Below, piece after piece: positions 51,990 to 64,000 of a stretch of 64,000 nt of DNA. Source of the stretch: Eledone cirrhosa (taxonomy: Eukaryota); the NCBI GenBank assembly GCA_964016885.1, contig OZ024742.1, positions 307,458,001 to 307,522,000 on the forward strand, given 5' to 3'. A model generated the notes under the pieces. That model saw only the letters and a list, made by a program, of their open reading frames with translations. It was not told the origin of the DNA and searched no databases. Each line of letters opens with the position of its first letter. Positions within the stretch are counted from its first letter, which is position 1. Both the position numbers and the translations under genes were made by a program.

Positions 51990-54010
51990 GAATAAGAGAA
52001 AAAAACACAGGTAAGCATTAAAAAAAAGGATTTTATCCAGGTATTTACGACCGTTTCATTGGTAAGTGCAACCTTATATTGCTATACTGCAAATAGTAGC
52101 CACTCAATAATAATTGTTGTTCACCTCCAAATATTCAAAATAATGAATAAGTCACTCGTAAAAGGTTCTTAATATATAAAAAAACATTTTTTAAAAATTG
52201 TATATACTAGTATAGAGAGAGAGGAAGGGGGAGAAGAATTAGGAAGTAGAGGGACAAGCGGAGTAGTATAGAGAGAGAGTAGAAGGGGAGAAGAATTAGG
52301 AAGTAGAGTGACAAACGGAGATGGAGGGAGGGGTAAAGGTGGAAGGATTCCTCGATCAGTTTTGATTTGTAGATTTGATGTCGTCAATTTACAGTGTAGG
52401 AAGTTAAAGAGAATTAAATTGTTTATAGTGGGAGGGAGAGAGAGAGAAAGTGTGGGGGGGGGGGTAGTGAAATAAATATATATATATAAATAAAAATAAA
52501 GAAGGGTGGGGGTAGAAAAAAGAAAAGAAAAGATAGCAAAATAGGGAGAGAAAGAAAGAAAAAAACGAAAAAAAGAGAAAAGAAATTAAGGAGGAGGGAC
52601 GGACATAGGTATTGGTTATTGTGGGTAATTAAAGGGGTTAGATTCAATAAGAGGGTATAAAGTCTAAGTATATGCAGTTTGTCAGGTGGTAGTAAACGGT
52701 TAAGTGTTCAATCTGTACTTGTAGTGCGAAATTTTTCTTTGAGTCTATGGTTACAATAAATTGATCTTTCGATTTTATTGTTGAGTAACTTATTCTTCGA
52801 ACTCAAAACGTGGAACATCTCAAGGTCACATAAACGACAGCTTCTCATACCACTCCGATATGGGGGCGTATCCGATAATTTTTTCCACTTCAGGGTGTAT
52901 TGATGGTTACTTTCCCCCAGTTGCCAGGTCTTGTTCGCAAGGGTAGTTACATAACGATGTTGGGAATGTTTCATTGCGTAACGGTGTGTATACCAACGAG
53001 CTTTAAATGTATTCCCAGTCGCTCCGATGTAATACCATTTCTGGTTGTCTGATTCTATTGTGCATTGGTAAACCAGGTTAGACTGCATACATTCATTATG
53101 CAATGGACAGATTTCAGGTAGGTGGCAATTACAATTCTTGTCATGGGCAACTTTGGCATTATTGGTGGGCTGCGATGCCTGTACAAATGTGTTACGTTTT
53201 GTTTGCCTATTAGTGGGTGGTTGTGTATTAGATATTCTGTTGTGTTCGATGGTAATTGTATTGTTACTGTTATAAATTTGTGTTCCGGTGTTGTTACGTG
53301 TCTTTTTAGCGTTAAGTATCTTAATGTGTGCCTCTATATTTGGTGCCGTGGAGTAAGATAGTCTAATAGATTTAGTGTTAAGGATTTTGCTGTATCTATG
53401 TGAATCTGGAAAGTGCTTATTTATTATTCTAAAGAAGGCAGAGGGTAGATTGGTACCAATAGAGGTGTTAAATATAGGGTTATACCAAATATATTTTCTA
53501 CTGCGTGACTTATTTGATTTTGATGTATTTCTATTTTCAGTATAATTTCTAGTTCTATGCGTAAATGCGTGTGTGCGTGTGTTCCTGAAGTTTGTGTTAT
53601 GCCTGTTCGTGTGTGCTTTGCCGATGCTTTCATCTATATATTCTACTCTATCTAGGTGGCCTGCCTTGTCTAGTGCGGTATTGTAGTACTCCGCGTGTTC
53701 CTCGAAGATTTGTCGGTTAGACGAGAGGCGGGAGATCCTAAGGGATTTAATTATGGAGAGTGGGTGGTTCGAATTACAGTTGATGTATGCTAAGTTTTCA
53801 TTAATCTTGTGAAAAGGTCTTATTTAGGTTAAGCATTGCGTCTAGAAAGTTAACTATTTTAGTGCTATATTCATACGTTTTGCTAAGGCCTAGTTTCCCG
53901 AGAGTCTATCTAATATTCTTACGCAGTCGTTCTATGCTCTGGTTATTTAGGTTTTAACTAGGAAAAGGGCGTCGTTTCTGTAGATTCCAGCGTGAAGGTC
54001 GCTAAATTCC
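51990..54010 (-). mobile_element. 5'-truncated Penelope-like element, Naiad-type
   Basis: Minus strand GIYRND (degenerate YRDD), VNFLD, SNHP, RKYIWYNP..N...KHFP..H..KILN...LSYS..PN, CNC....CPL...C, GIY-YIG LVYQC...YYIGAT...FKARW..H, CRLC..E and CNH. Confidence 0.88.
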
Positions 54011-54055
54011 ATAGTTTACAGAGGGAATTTAGCGACCTACACGGTGGAATCTACA

Positions 54056-54800
54056 GAAAAATTTCGCACTACAAGTACAAATTGAACCCTTAACCCCTTA
54101 CTACCACCTTACAAACTGCATATACTTAGACTTTCTACAAACTTATTGAATCTAACCCCTTTAATTACCCACAATAACCAATACCTATGTCCCTCCCTCC
54201 TCCTTAATTTCTTTTCTCTTTATTTCGTTTTCTTCTTTTCTTCTCTCCCTTTTTTTGCTATCTTTTCTTTTCTTTTTTCTACCCCCCCTCCCTTCTTTAT
54301 TTTTATTTATATATATATATTTATATATATATATTTATATATATATTTATATATATTTATTTCACTATCCCCCCAACTTTCTCTCTCCCTCCCACTATAA
54401 ACAATTTAATTCTTTTTAACTCCCTACACTGTAAAATGATCGAGGAATCCTTCCACCTTTACCACTCCCTCCATCTCCGTTTGTCACTCTACTTCCTAAT
54501 TCTTCTCCCCCTTCTCCTCTCTCTCTATACTACTCCGCTTGTCCCTCTACTTCCTAATTCTTCTCCCCCTTCCTCTCTCTCTATACTAGTATATACAATT
54601 CCAAAAAAATGTTTTTTTATATATTAATGACCTTTTACGAGTAACTTATTCATTATTTTGAAAATTTGGAGGTGAACAACAATTATTAATGAGTGGCTGC
54701 TATTTGCAGTATAGCAATATAAGGTTGCACTTACCAATGAAACGGTCGTAAATACCTGGAAAATCCTTTTATTTAATGCTTACTTGTGTTTTCTCTCTTA
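54056..54800 (+). mobile_element. inverted pLTR of the Naiad-type element
   Basis: Reverse complement of 51990-52740, placed at the truncated 5' end as is typical of PLE insertions. Confidence 0.88.
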
Positions 54801-56459
54801 TTCTTTATACTCCAAGATTGAACTTGATTCTTACAAACTTGTGGAGTTACCCCTAACTGTACGTTGAAACCGTCCATGAAACTGGCTATCTTAACCACGA
54901 ATTGGATTACAATAAGCAATGTTCTGCTTCCCTAACTATATATATATATATATATATATGACAGATATCTGAACAGTTGCATCGACTGAATCCTATTTCG
55001 AAGACATGGGTCACCCCAATACCACAGTAAAGTGACAACGAAAGAATTACGATGTTGGATCGAACCTGGCAAAACCTGCTTACAAAGCAAATTATTAAAT
55101 ACACAGCCTTGCTTGCTGCTATGAAGATATTTTCAATGTTTGATCTTGAGTTAATCATAATTTATAAGGCATAACCATTTTTTTTTATATTATCACAAAT
55201 CATGAACATTAAAAAATAAATTATTCGTATTGTGATTGCTAAATGAAGAAATTTTCTGAATTGGAAGAACAGCTACAGAAAACGTCTCGAAAGAACTGTT
55301 CACTGTTTCAGGAAATAGTTACATTTCACATTTGATAATTGGTGTTGAGTTACATTGTTATTAAATGTGTAGCATAATGAATCATAAATATCTGCTATGA
55401 GAACGCTGAGATATATATTCAATAAATATTTCATTATAGAGGAATGCAGTAATGTTGTGTTCAAATGTGCTTGGGGAAGAAAAATTGTAAAACATTATAT
55501 ATTTTAGTATATATTTAAAAACAAAACGAACAATGATATCCTCCTTTCCAAATGACTTTGCTGAATATTTCCACCATTTCCTGAAAATATTTACTTCATA
55601 TATGTATGTGTGTGTGAAATTAATTATTAGTGCCATTAATTCACAGACGAGGTGGTAATTATTTCCAAAGTGTTATAATGAATAATCAATTAAGAGAATC
55701 GACAAAGAAGAATTACGCACATCAATTAATATATATATATATAGCTCTATCAATCCGGCAGAATGATATGCTAGATTAACCAACGGCACTTTGCTTAATC
55801 CTATAAATATATTGTTTCTTATTTAAGTAACGGCCAACCACATTAATTTTCTTACAGAGCCAAAGGTGATCGAATAACCTCCTTGTATATTACTTACATT
55901 ACTTGCATCAATTTTGCTGACTTTGAAAGAATGGAAGACTGTCGCGTAATACATTCTTTTACTCTTCAGCATCTCTCAACGATATGATTTCGGTCATGAT
56001 GTGGTATGACCCCCAATGGCTTTATTTGATCATATTAACTTCTGTACCTATTTCAGGTAGGTATTACGTATTTTATCCAAAATTAATAATGGAAGAGAAG
56101 GTATTAAATTAATTAATTACATAGATTTATAGCATTATCCATATAAATATCTTCATTTTGAATCAGAGAGAGAGAGAGACACACACAGAGAGAAAAAGAG
56201 AACAAGAGCGCAAGAGAGAGAGAGAGTGAGAGAGAGAGAGAGAGAAGAAAAACAAATGAGGTGAACATTGAAACAATCTCAATATTGACAATTCATCTTG
56301 TTTTCCTGGCCAATGCACAGGCAATAAGTTCTAGATCGAATTCATGTGTTTTATGGAAATGTTCTACCGTGTGCCCTTTTCTTTAGTATCAGATGCACTT
56401 CATGCATATATGTGAATGTGTGCTTACGTGTGGGTGTGGTTATGTGTGTGTATGTCTGT

Positions 56460-57060
56460 AAAAGTGGTTTTTGTGTTGTTTCTTGGCCAATGTCAGGTCA
56501 CTCTTGAGTGCTACTGGTAGCATGTAACCCAGTAGAACCTGTCGCATGGTCGGATCGTCGGCGACTAAACCGGCAACCCCACCAGTTTACTTGATGAGGA
56601 GGGTGATTTGGGACACCCTGCAGGACAAAAATCAAAACCTGACAAAGGGCGGAAGAACTCATAAGAGTCAACGGTCATCTAAAAAATCCTGCCTAATCAA
56701 TGGGTGGCAGTAGTTCTAGCGGCACGCATCGACAGACTAGTGTAGTGGTTCTGTGAACAATGCGGCTCTGCAGATGATCAATGCAAATTGACAATGGAAA
56801 GGCGCTACCGCTCGAGTGAGAAGAGGACTATTGACCTTCAGGAGAAGCAGCGAACCCTGATTGTATTCAACAACCGGAACAAATACTAAGTACACCAAAT
56901 CCAATGCTCCTAGAGACGGCTCTGGTTGTTATTATTTGCGAGTGTAAACCCGGCCAGATCAGATTAGATTAGATCTTGGCCAGCATCCTGGAATATATTA
57001 TGCCATGCGAATGAGAACATTAAACTAGTAGTTCAGACAACGTAGATATGGGTTAACCAA
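56460..57060 (+). mobile_element. RTE-related 5' UTR element (partly duplicated, inverted, at 50152-50330)
   Basis: GTGCTACTGG...GGCGACTAAAC...GAGGAGGGTGA...CAAAACCTG.CAAAGGGC is shared with 11840-12020. Confidence 0.6.
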
Positions 57061-58533
57061 TTTCTCTTGGAAGGGTGAAAAGCACGAGGAAATTATTATA
57101 TTTGTAATTAGTAAAGCTATTATATTATCCCCAACCACACATAAGAACTACCACAGCCCCAGAGAAGAATACATTCCCCATATAGCAAGAATGCGAGTTG
57201 ATTTACTTTTCTGATATTTTCCGAGGTATATCAGTTTTTATGTGTGATGGAAAATTATGAAATAAAAAGGTGAGAAAATATAGGAAGGCCAGAATTCGAA
57301 TAATTAAAGTAATGTAAGAATGTTATGGAAATTATGATCTTCAAATTCAGAAAGTAAAAGTATGTTTAAATGGCTCCCCTCCCCCCACTAGTAAGATTAA
57401 AGCTCACAACACAATTTGGTATACACCCCCTCCTTTTGTAAACCTTATGTAAAGAATGGTTAGAAATCTAAATATAACAGATAAGCATTCCCCAATTAGC
57501 CTCGCTATATAAGAATTTTCAGCAGGAATTGTCTAAAAGTGAGTTATAACCGTAATTTCAGCATGAAAATTAATGTAACATATACTCAACAAATGTAACA
57601 GAAGCCATCATCAATTTCAGTACACCACTACTCAAACAACTCAACAAATCATGCGAAAAGATATGAAGAAGCAGTCATCCGCAGAAAAATGAGCCACACT
57701 ATACAGCCTAATTACTATATTGGCATGATGGTGTGTAAGTTTAAACAACGAAACGTTTACCACATATACTGTTGACATATAGAAAAGGAAAATACAAAAA
57801 GAAATCATCATTTTACATTTGGCATTTAAAACGGCACGGCTCTGATTTTGACATCAAAGAGAAAATTCTAAGGCAATGCAGACCATACGCAAATGGGACG
57901 AAAGATGAAGTTTACGCAAAACTGAGAAGCGACGCATACTAAATAGCAGCAACATATCAGTGAATGATCTAAATACAACATTATATGTGTATACGAGTGC
58001 ATGCGTGGATGTATATATGCGCGTATGTGTGTTTGTGCGTATGTGTTTGTAAACACACAATATACACTTCCAAACACACAAATATACGCACACACGCACA
58101 CAAATAAACATATACACACAAAAACATATAAGCAGAAGCACCACACAGGCACATTCAATCACAGTTACATACAGAGTATATGCGCAGATATAAACAGTCA
58201 TGTCACTTTACAGATATTTACGCATATAAATACATAATAAAAAAAGCAATGGCTCACATACAACTACAGTATATGTGCACAAAATATGAATACAAACACA
58301 GTAAAAACATATTTAAAAAACACCTACCCATGTTTGTATTCAATCTGTGTGCAGCTCACGAAGAGGGATGCACACATATCAGAAACTGATATCCACACAG
58401 TATTCCACAACTATAAATTATACTTACAAAGACACATTCATGCAGAAACAAAGACAGACACACACATACACATACCCATACATACGCACACACTCTCACA
58501 CAATGATACACACACACTCGCACAGACACACAC

Positions 58534-58591
<58 letters not shown>

Positions 58592-58595
<4 letters not shown>

Positions 58596-58793
58596 CGAAG
58601 GAAATGTGGTAAGGAACCAGGTGGACCATAACGCACCAAAGTACTCAATACTTAGGGTAGTAGAGTGGGTAATAGGAACAAGTAAGACCCCGACGGCTGA
58701 GCTCAAGCCGTTTCGACGGCTAATTCTGTACCCGGTACAGAATTAGCCGTCGAAACAGCTTGAGCTCAGCCGTCGGGGTCTTACTTGTTCCTA
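58592..58793. mobile_element. PLE pLTR-like family B with a fold-back of ~60-bp arms
   Basis: Near-perfect palindrome 58672-58794 centred on TGTACCCGGTACA. It contains a hammerhead 3' half and is flanked by (TA)n. Confidence 0.75.
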
Positions 58794-58815
58794 TATATAT
58801 ATATATATATATACA

Positions 58816-58922
<107 letters not shown>

Positions 58923-58926
58923 CATA

Positions 58927-59079
<153 letters not shown>

Positions 59080-59505
59080 CGGATACACATATACAATAAC
59101 GGATACACATACAAAGACTCACACAGAAAGATACTCACCCACACACATACACACATAAACTGACTGATCGTCTGAGCTGAAAAAAAAAATATTAGAATTC
59201 CTGTCTTCCACACAGTACACATTAAAAAATGGACAGATTTTAAATGCAAATATAATATAAGTGCCAGATTTAGTTGCTAAAGGACATAAATTGAGTGCTG
59301 TAACTTGCCATATTCTATCGGATTTTGATTCATCTGCCTTTTCTTCGACATAACTTACACGGTGAAACATTTGGAAAATCAATTCCTAGAAGAATTATGC
59401 CATACGATTTGATATTGGAAAAGTTAGGTGTCCAAAGCATCTGACATCTTTAATGTTGATGCTTAAGATTCATCTCTCTCTCTCTCGCCCCCCCTCTATC
59501 TTCTT

Positions 59506-59556
<51 letters not shown>

Positions 59557-59667
59557 GTCTATATATATATGTGCATATACATATATGTGCTTATACACAT
59601 ATATATGTGTGCGTATGCATATATATATATGTATGTACATATATGCATATAGATATATACATATAGG

Positions 59668-59698
<31 letters not shown>

Positions 59699-59894
59699 AT
59701 GTGTGTGTATGTGTGTGCATGTGTGTGTATGTATGTATAAATACATACACATAAATACTTAGAAGCATACTATGTACATTCATACCTATCTACCTACTTC
59801 CATTTATACACACACATGTAAATATGCATGCATACGTATATCCATAGGCACATGCACACATACATACACACACAAACATACACAGACACATATA

Positions 59895-60180
59895 CATACA
59901 CTGTGCTCAGTTATAAGTAGATGTCATTTGCCCAGCAGATATTAACACGTTAAAGATAAGTTGAAAAGAAAATCAATGAGAATTCTGCAGATTGTACACC
60001 TAAATAATTGATTGAGATTTATACCTGTAATTACTGGAGCACTTGCATATATAACTAACAGTCTGAGTCGCAATTGTAAGAATCTTTCCATTCATAAATG
60101 CGGAAAGGCCTCAGCTAATTAAGGACTTACAATGGCAAGTCATTAATAAAACTGAAAATATGTGAAAGTTTCCAAACGTT
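59895..60180 (+). mobile_element. highly decayed RLE (R4-like) 3' fragment
   Basis: Translations VDVICPADIN and IPVITGALAYIT resemble the endonuclease end of copies 1-3. Confidence 0.55.
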
Positions 60181-60382
60181 TAGCCTGTAATAAATACATA
60201 TACACGTGTATGGTCATAGAATATATATGTATGCGTATAGATAAATATATCAAAACAAAGACTTGCATATGCCATGGCATCTACATGTCTGGAAATACAT
60301 GTATAGATGTGTACATTCAATGATACATACATACATACATACATACATACATACATACATACATACATACATACATACATAC

Positions 60383-60488
60383 ATGATGATGATGGCTGCC
60401 CCCTCGTTATCGAGTATGGCCATTGCACGACGGAAAAAAAAAATTAATAAATAAATAAAAAATAAAATAAAAATAAAAAATAAATATA

Positions 60489-60520
<32 letters not shown>

Positions 60521-60687
60521 CACATATACACATACATATATACACACACATATATATATACACACACACATATACATTAATAACAATAATAATAATAATA
60601 ATAACAACAATAATAATAACGACAACAACAATAATAATATACATATACATATACATATACACATACACGCACACACATAAAAATATC

Positions 60688-60754
<67 letters not shown>

Positions 60755-61300
60755 TAGCAACTAACAGCGCTGCGATCGAATGTGGCTTTTTAGCCCAGCC
60801 AATGATCTAAAATGTCTTGCACAGAGTCGGCAACCAAAACATTCACTGGGAATAGACGGCTGTGGTTGGAGTTCGTGTACTTTTGCATGTCGCTTGAGCC
60901 CTCCTGCTGATTTACACTCTCCACCACATGTTTGGCAAGCATGATGAGTAGCATCTCCAACAGCAGCATGGTAGTCAACCACTGGTCTTACTTTATGACT
61001 GCGAAGATGACTTTCGAGTCCAGCTTTGCTTAGGCAGTCTCGCACATACAAACATTCATAACTACATACATACATATATGAATTGTTGTAACTCGATTTC
61101 AAGTAATGCCATCGTTTGATTCTTAAACATGAGCATCAGGGACGTGGCTTTTTAGTCCTACTAGGGACTTGTCTATGGCAAGCAATACTATGTCACATAT
61201 CAAGCGATGCTTGTGCTTGAAGCTTTTTTAAGTGAGGAAAAGCTTTGCACGGGCCATTCCCACTCTCTGAACATCGAATGCATTTGCTCAAAAATTAGAA
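60383..61300 (-). mobile_element. RTE-type LINE 3' end with multiple C2H2 zinc fingers
   Basis: CLSKAGLESHLRSH, CQTCGGECKSAGGLKRHAKVH, CRLCARHFRSLAGLKSHIRS* (60761). The terminal stem-loop TGGCCATACTCGATAACGAGGGGGCAGCCA plus (TCA)n at 60383-60425 matches the end of 11840-12433. Confidence 0.7.
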
Positions 61301-61404
61301 CTGGTCTACATTATTGGATGCAAACGAAGTCGCATGTTTTATATCAGAGATCAGAGTAACCTTCTCCCAGAGAGATGTTTTAATGAAGACAAGGAGTCTC
61401 TCGC

Positions 61405-61442
<38 letters not shown>

Positions 61443-62705
61443 ATAGGTGTTGACTCTCCTGAGTTCCTCCACCCTTTGACGGGTTTTGTTTTTCATCCCA
61501 CAGGGTGCCAGAAATGTTTTTCATCCCACAGGGTGCGTATGTGTGCGTGTGTCTGCGCGTGTGTATACATGTGTGTGTTTGTTCGTATATATGCTTGTTG
61601 CATAAATGTCTTCACGATGCAACGCTATTCGTTGTGTTGGCATAGAATATCCTACATACATTTCCAGGTGCACGGACGAACATACACACACACACACACA
61701 CACACTTTCACACAAATGTACATAATATATACATTTCTACATATACGTACCTAACACGAACATATCCTTGTTATAAAATAGCAGCTGCTCCTTTCCCATC
61801 AAATTATAGTTTTACTGGTAGCTAGAAGGAACTATTTGAGTAATCTAAGCAATGAGATATCCTTTACATGGTCGCTAATCATGCTAGAAATAACAGAGAA
61901 ATTTCTCTTTAATCATGACATAGTTTTAACACAGAATGTATGAGTGGGAAAAATAGACGAGTGTCATTGTTGACTGGGATGCTTTTGATCTGTTCAATCA
62001 ATTTTGCACGGATGGTAACAAAAAAACAACATTAATAATGATTTATTGGTTTTTGAAAACTAACTGATAGTTTACTGGGTCTATATTGAACGATTTGGTC
62101 AGTAGAGTCACTGACCCTGCTTCTCATTAGCAACATTATTTTAAATATGTTTATTCCTACAAGCACAGTATTGTGATTTTTTAAAAGAATAATTTAAAGA
62201 TTCGTATGGAAATATGATTCACAGCTTGACTTAAGTTGCCTATTTTTAAATATCTAGAATATTATCAAATATGGAGCATATTATGGAGGTGATGTTAAAC
62301 ATATTCACTCTCTAGATGTATTTAGATAAAGTAAGAGAGAGTTGAAATATATTTTATCACTGGCTCTTGAAGTGTAAGTATGTTGTGTGGCTTTTGGATG
62401 TTTACAAATAGAACAGTAGTAGTCTTTTCAATACCATCTATACTAGCACGTTTGTGGGAGATTTGCTATTAAGGGAGCACGACATGAGGCTGTCGCATTT
62501 TGTTTGAGGATTGATTCGGTATGTTCTTAGCTATATTATTTAAAATCTTTTAGCACATTTGCGCTGCGTGTTTTCCAAGCAAGCAAGTGTAGTTTTTTTG
62601 GTAAACAAATGCCTGAAGATCTGATGTCAAACATCGTCTGCGATTACGCAATATTGTCAGAGTAGAAAACTTAAGATTGCGCAATAATATATATCTATGT
62701 GTGTA

Positions 62706-62772
<67 letters not shown>

Positions 62773-62984
62773 CTTATAGAACGAAACAGATTAAATCTCT
62801 AATCTGTCCGAGAGATGGAATAGTTATTGAGACGGTCTGTATATATATTCTATATCTTACGTTTGCTTCAGGTTAAAATTATCAAACCAATGTGGTATTT
62901 CAACCCTCGTAATTTTAGACACACAATTTACTGTTTATTTCTACATATATATATATGTGTGTGCGTTTGTGTGTGTGTGTGTGT

Positions 62985-63032
<48 letters not shown>

Positions 63033-63033
<1 letters not shown>

Positions 63034-63137
63034 GTGGTAAGAGAATTGGATTAAAAATCGTGAGGTTGTGAGTTCGACACCTGGACCGAGCGATGCGTTA
63101 TGTCCTTGAGCAAGACACTTTATTTCACGCTGCTCCT
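63033..63137 (+). mobile_element. tRNA-derived CORE-like SINE (truncated)
   Basis: B-box-like GAGTTCGACACC, then TGTCCTTGAGCAAGACACTT (CORE-like). Confidence 0.7.
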
Positions 63138-63254
63138 TCTACCTGGAGTTGCGACCGATAGAAAGTATTAGCGATTGCAAAGACCAACGAAACATTGTTT
63201 CCTCGGTCCGATTTGACGAAAGTCGATCGACTATATACATATATATATTTGTGT

Positions 63255-63311
63255 ATAGGAAAAAGTATGACCCCGACGACAGAGCTCAAGTCGTTTCGAC
63301 GGCTATTTCTA
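63255..63311 (-). mobile_element. PLE pLTR-like family B remnant
   Basis: Minus strand GCCGTCGAAACGACTTGAGCTCTGTCGTCGGGGTC. Confidence 0.65.
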
Positions 63312-63317
63312 TATATA

Positions 63318-63804
63318 TGGACATCCTGCAGGACTAAAAACAAAACCTGTCAAAGGGTAAAGGAGCTCTTAAGAGTCAATGGCTATCCAAAATCACCGGG
63401 AGAGATGACCCCTTAGCCTTTGTCAAGGCAGAATTCTAGGGGAAGGAAAACTCTGTTATAACACTTGCAACCCTGATGGTATCCAATGATGTTGACTTGT
63501 TCTTCTTTTTGGTAAATATCATCTTGGTTAAGAGAGTGGGACTGGCTTTGTGCAGTGCCTTTGCTCACTATAAAAGCTTCACGGCACAGGCATTGCTTTA
63601 TATCTGGAGATCTCTCTGCACTTGTCGTCACATGGTACCATGGGCCCAGCACTATGTGTCAATAATTGCCACAAGTGTAGTGTTTGTACCAGAGATTTCA
63701 AGTAGCTGGCTGGACTAAAAAGTCACACTCGTTCAGCGCATCGGTAGGGGTTCTCCAACATGGATATAAAGTAGTGGCCGTACTCGAAAACGAGTTGGCA
63801 GCCA

Positions 63805-63806
<2 letters not shown>
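63318..63806 (+). mobile_element. bipartite non-autonomous RTE derivative (5'-truncated copy)
   Basis: Near-identical to 11945-12433, with C2H2 remnant [21 protein letters not shown]. Confidence 0.78.
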
Positions 63807-63860
<54 letters not shown>

Positions 63861-64000
63861 GTACATATATATATATTTATATATATATATATATATATAT
63901 ACATACATATATATATATATACACATACATATATTTATATATATATGAGTATGTATGCGTGTATGTGTGTGAGTATGTGTATGTGTGTGTATACATATAT

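Larger units (their letters stand above)
50152..56638. repeat. large inverted duplication (arms 50152-52740 and 54056-56638)
   Basis: Mirror ORFs 51163-51417(+) and 55382-55636(-) are identical. Reverse complementarity is continuous apart from a few indels. Confidence 0.95.

Noticed and set aside
54680-54756. Hammerhead in the Naiad pLTR (TTAATGA...GAAACGGTC)
   Set aside because: The 5' core is non-canonical in all three pLTR copies, so it cannot be called without a family consensus.

Overview
AT-rich, microsatellite-dense eukaryotic DNA, probably cephalopod (Octopus-like tRNA-derived SINEs; inference). No host protein-coding gene can be called confidently, and nearly all ORFs in the supplied track are microsatellite artefacts. 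The window holds a degenerate U2 snRNA copy (1-189) and two Penelope-like elements (PLEs): a Neptune-type at 1805-4480 and a Naiad-type at about 51990-54010. It also holds three stacked R4/Dong-type restriction-like-endonuclease retrotransposons in (TAA)n repeats (40112-48878), RTE and CR1-like fragments, bipartite non-autonomous RTEs, a solo LTR with a 39-bp array, Helitron-like repeats and many SINEs. The most interesting signals are at the RNA level: several families of small non-coding, (TA)n-embedded elements carrying type I hammerhead ribozymes, including a retrozyme-like tandem/inverted array (9405-10807), and a double-pseudoknot motif in the 5' UTR of the full-length R4 element. There is also a PLE-centred ~6.5 kb palindrome that duplicates ~1.8 kb of flanking DNA. 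All folds and boundaries were read by eye.
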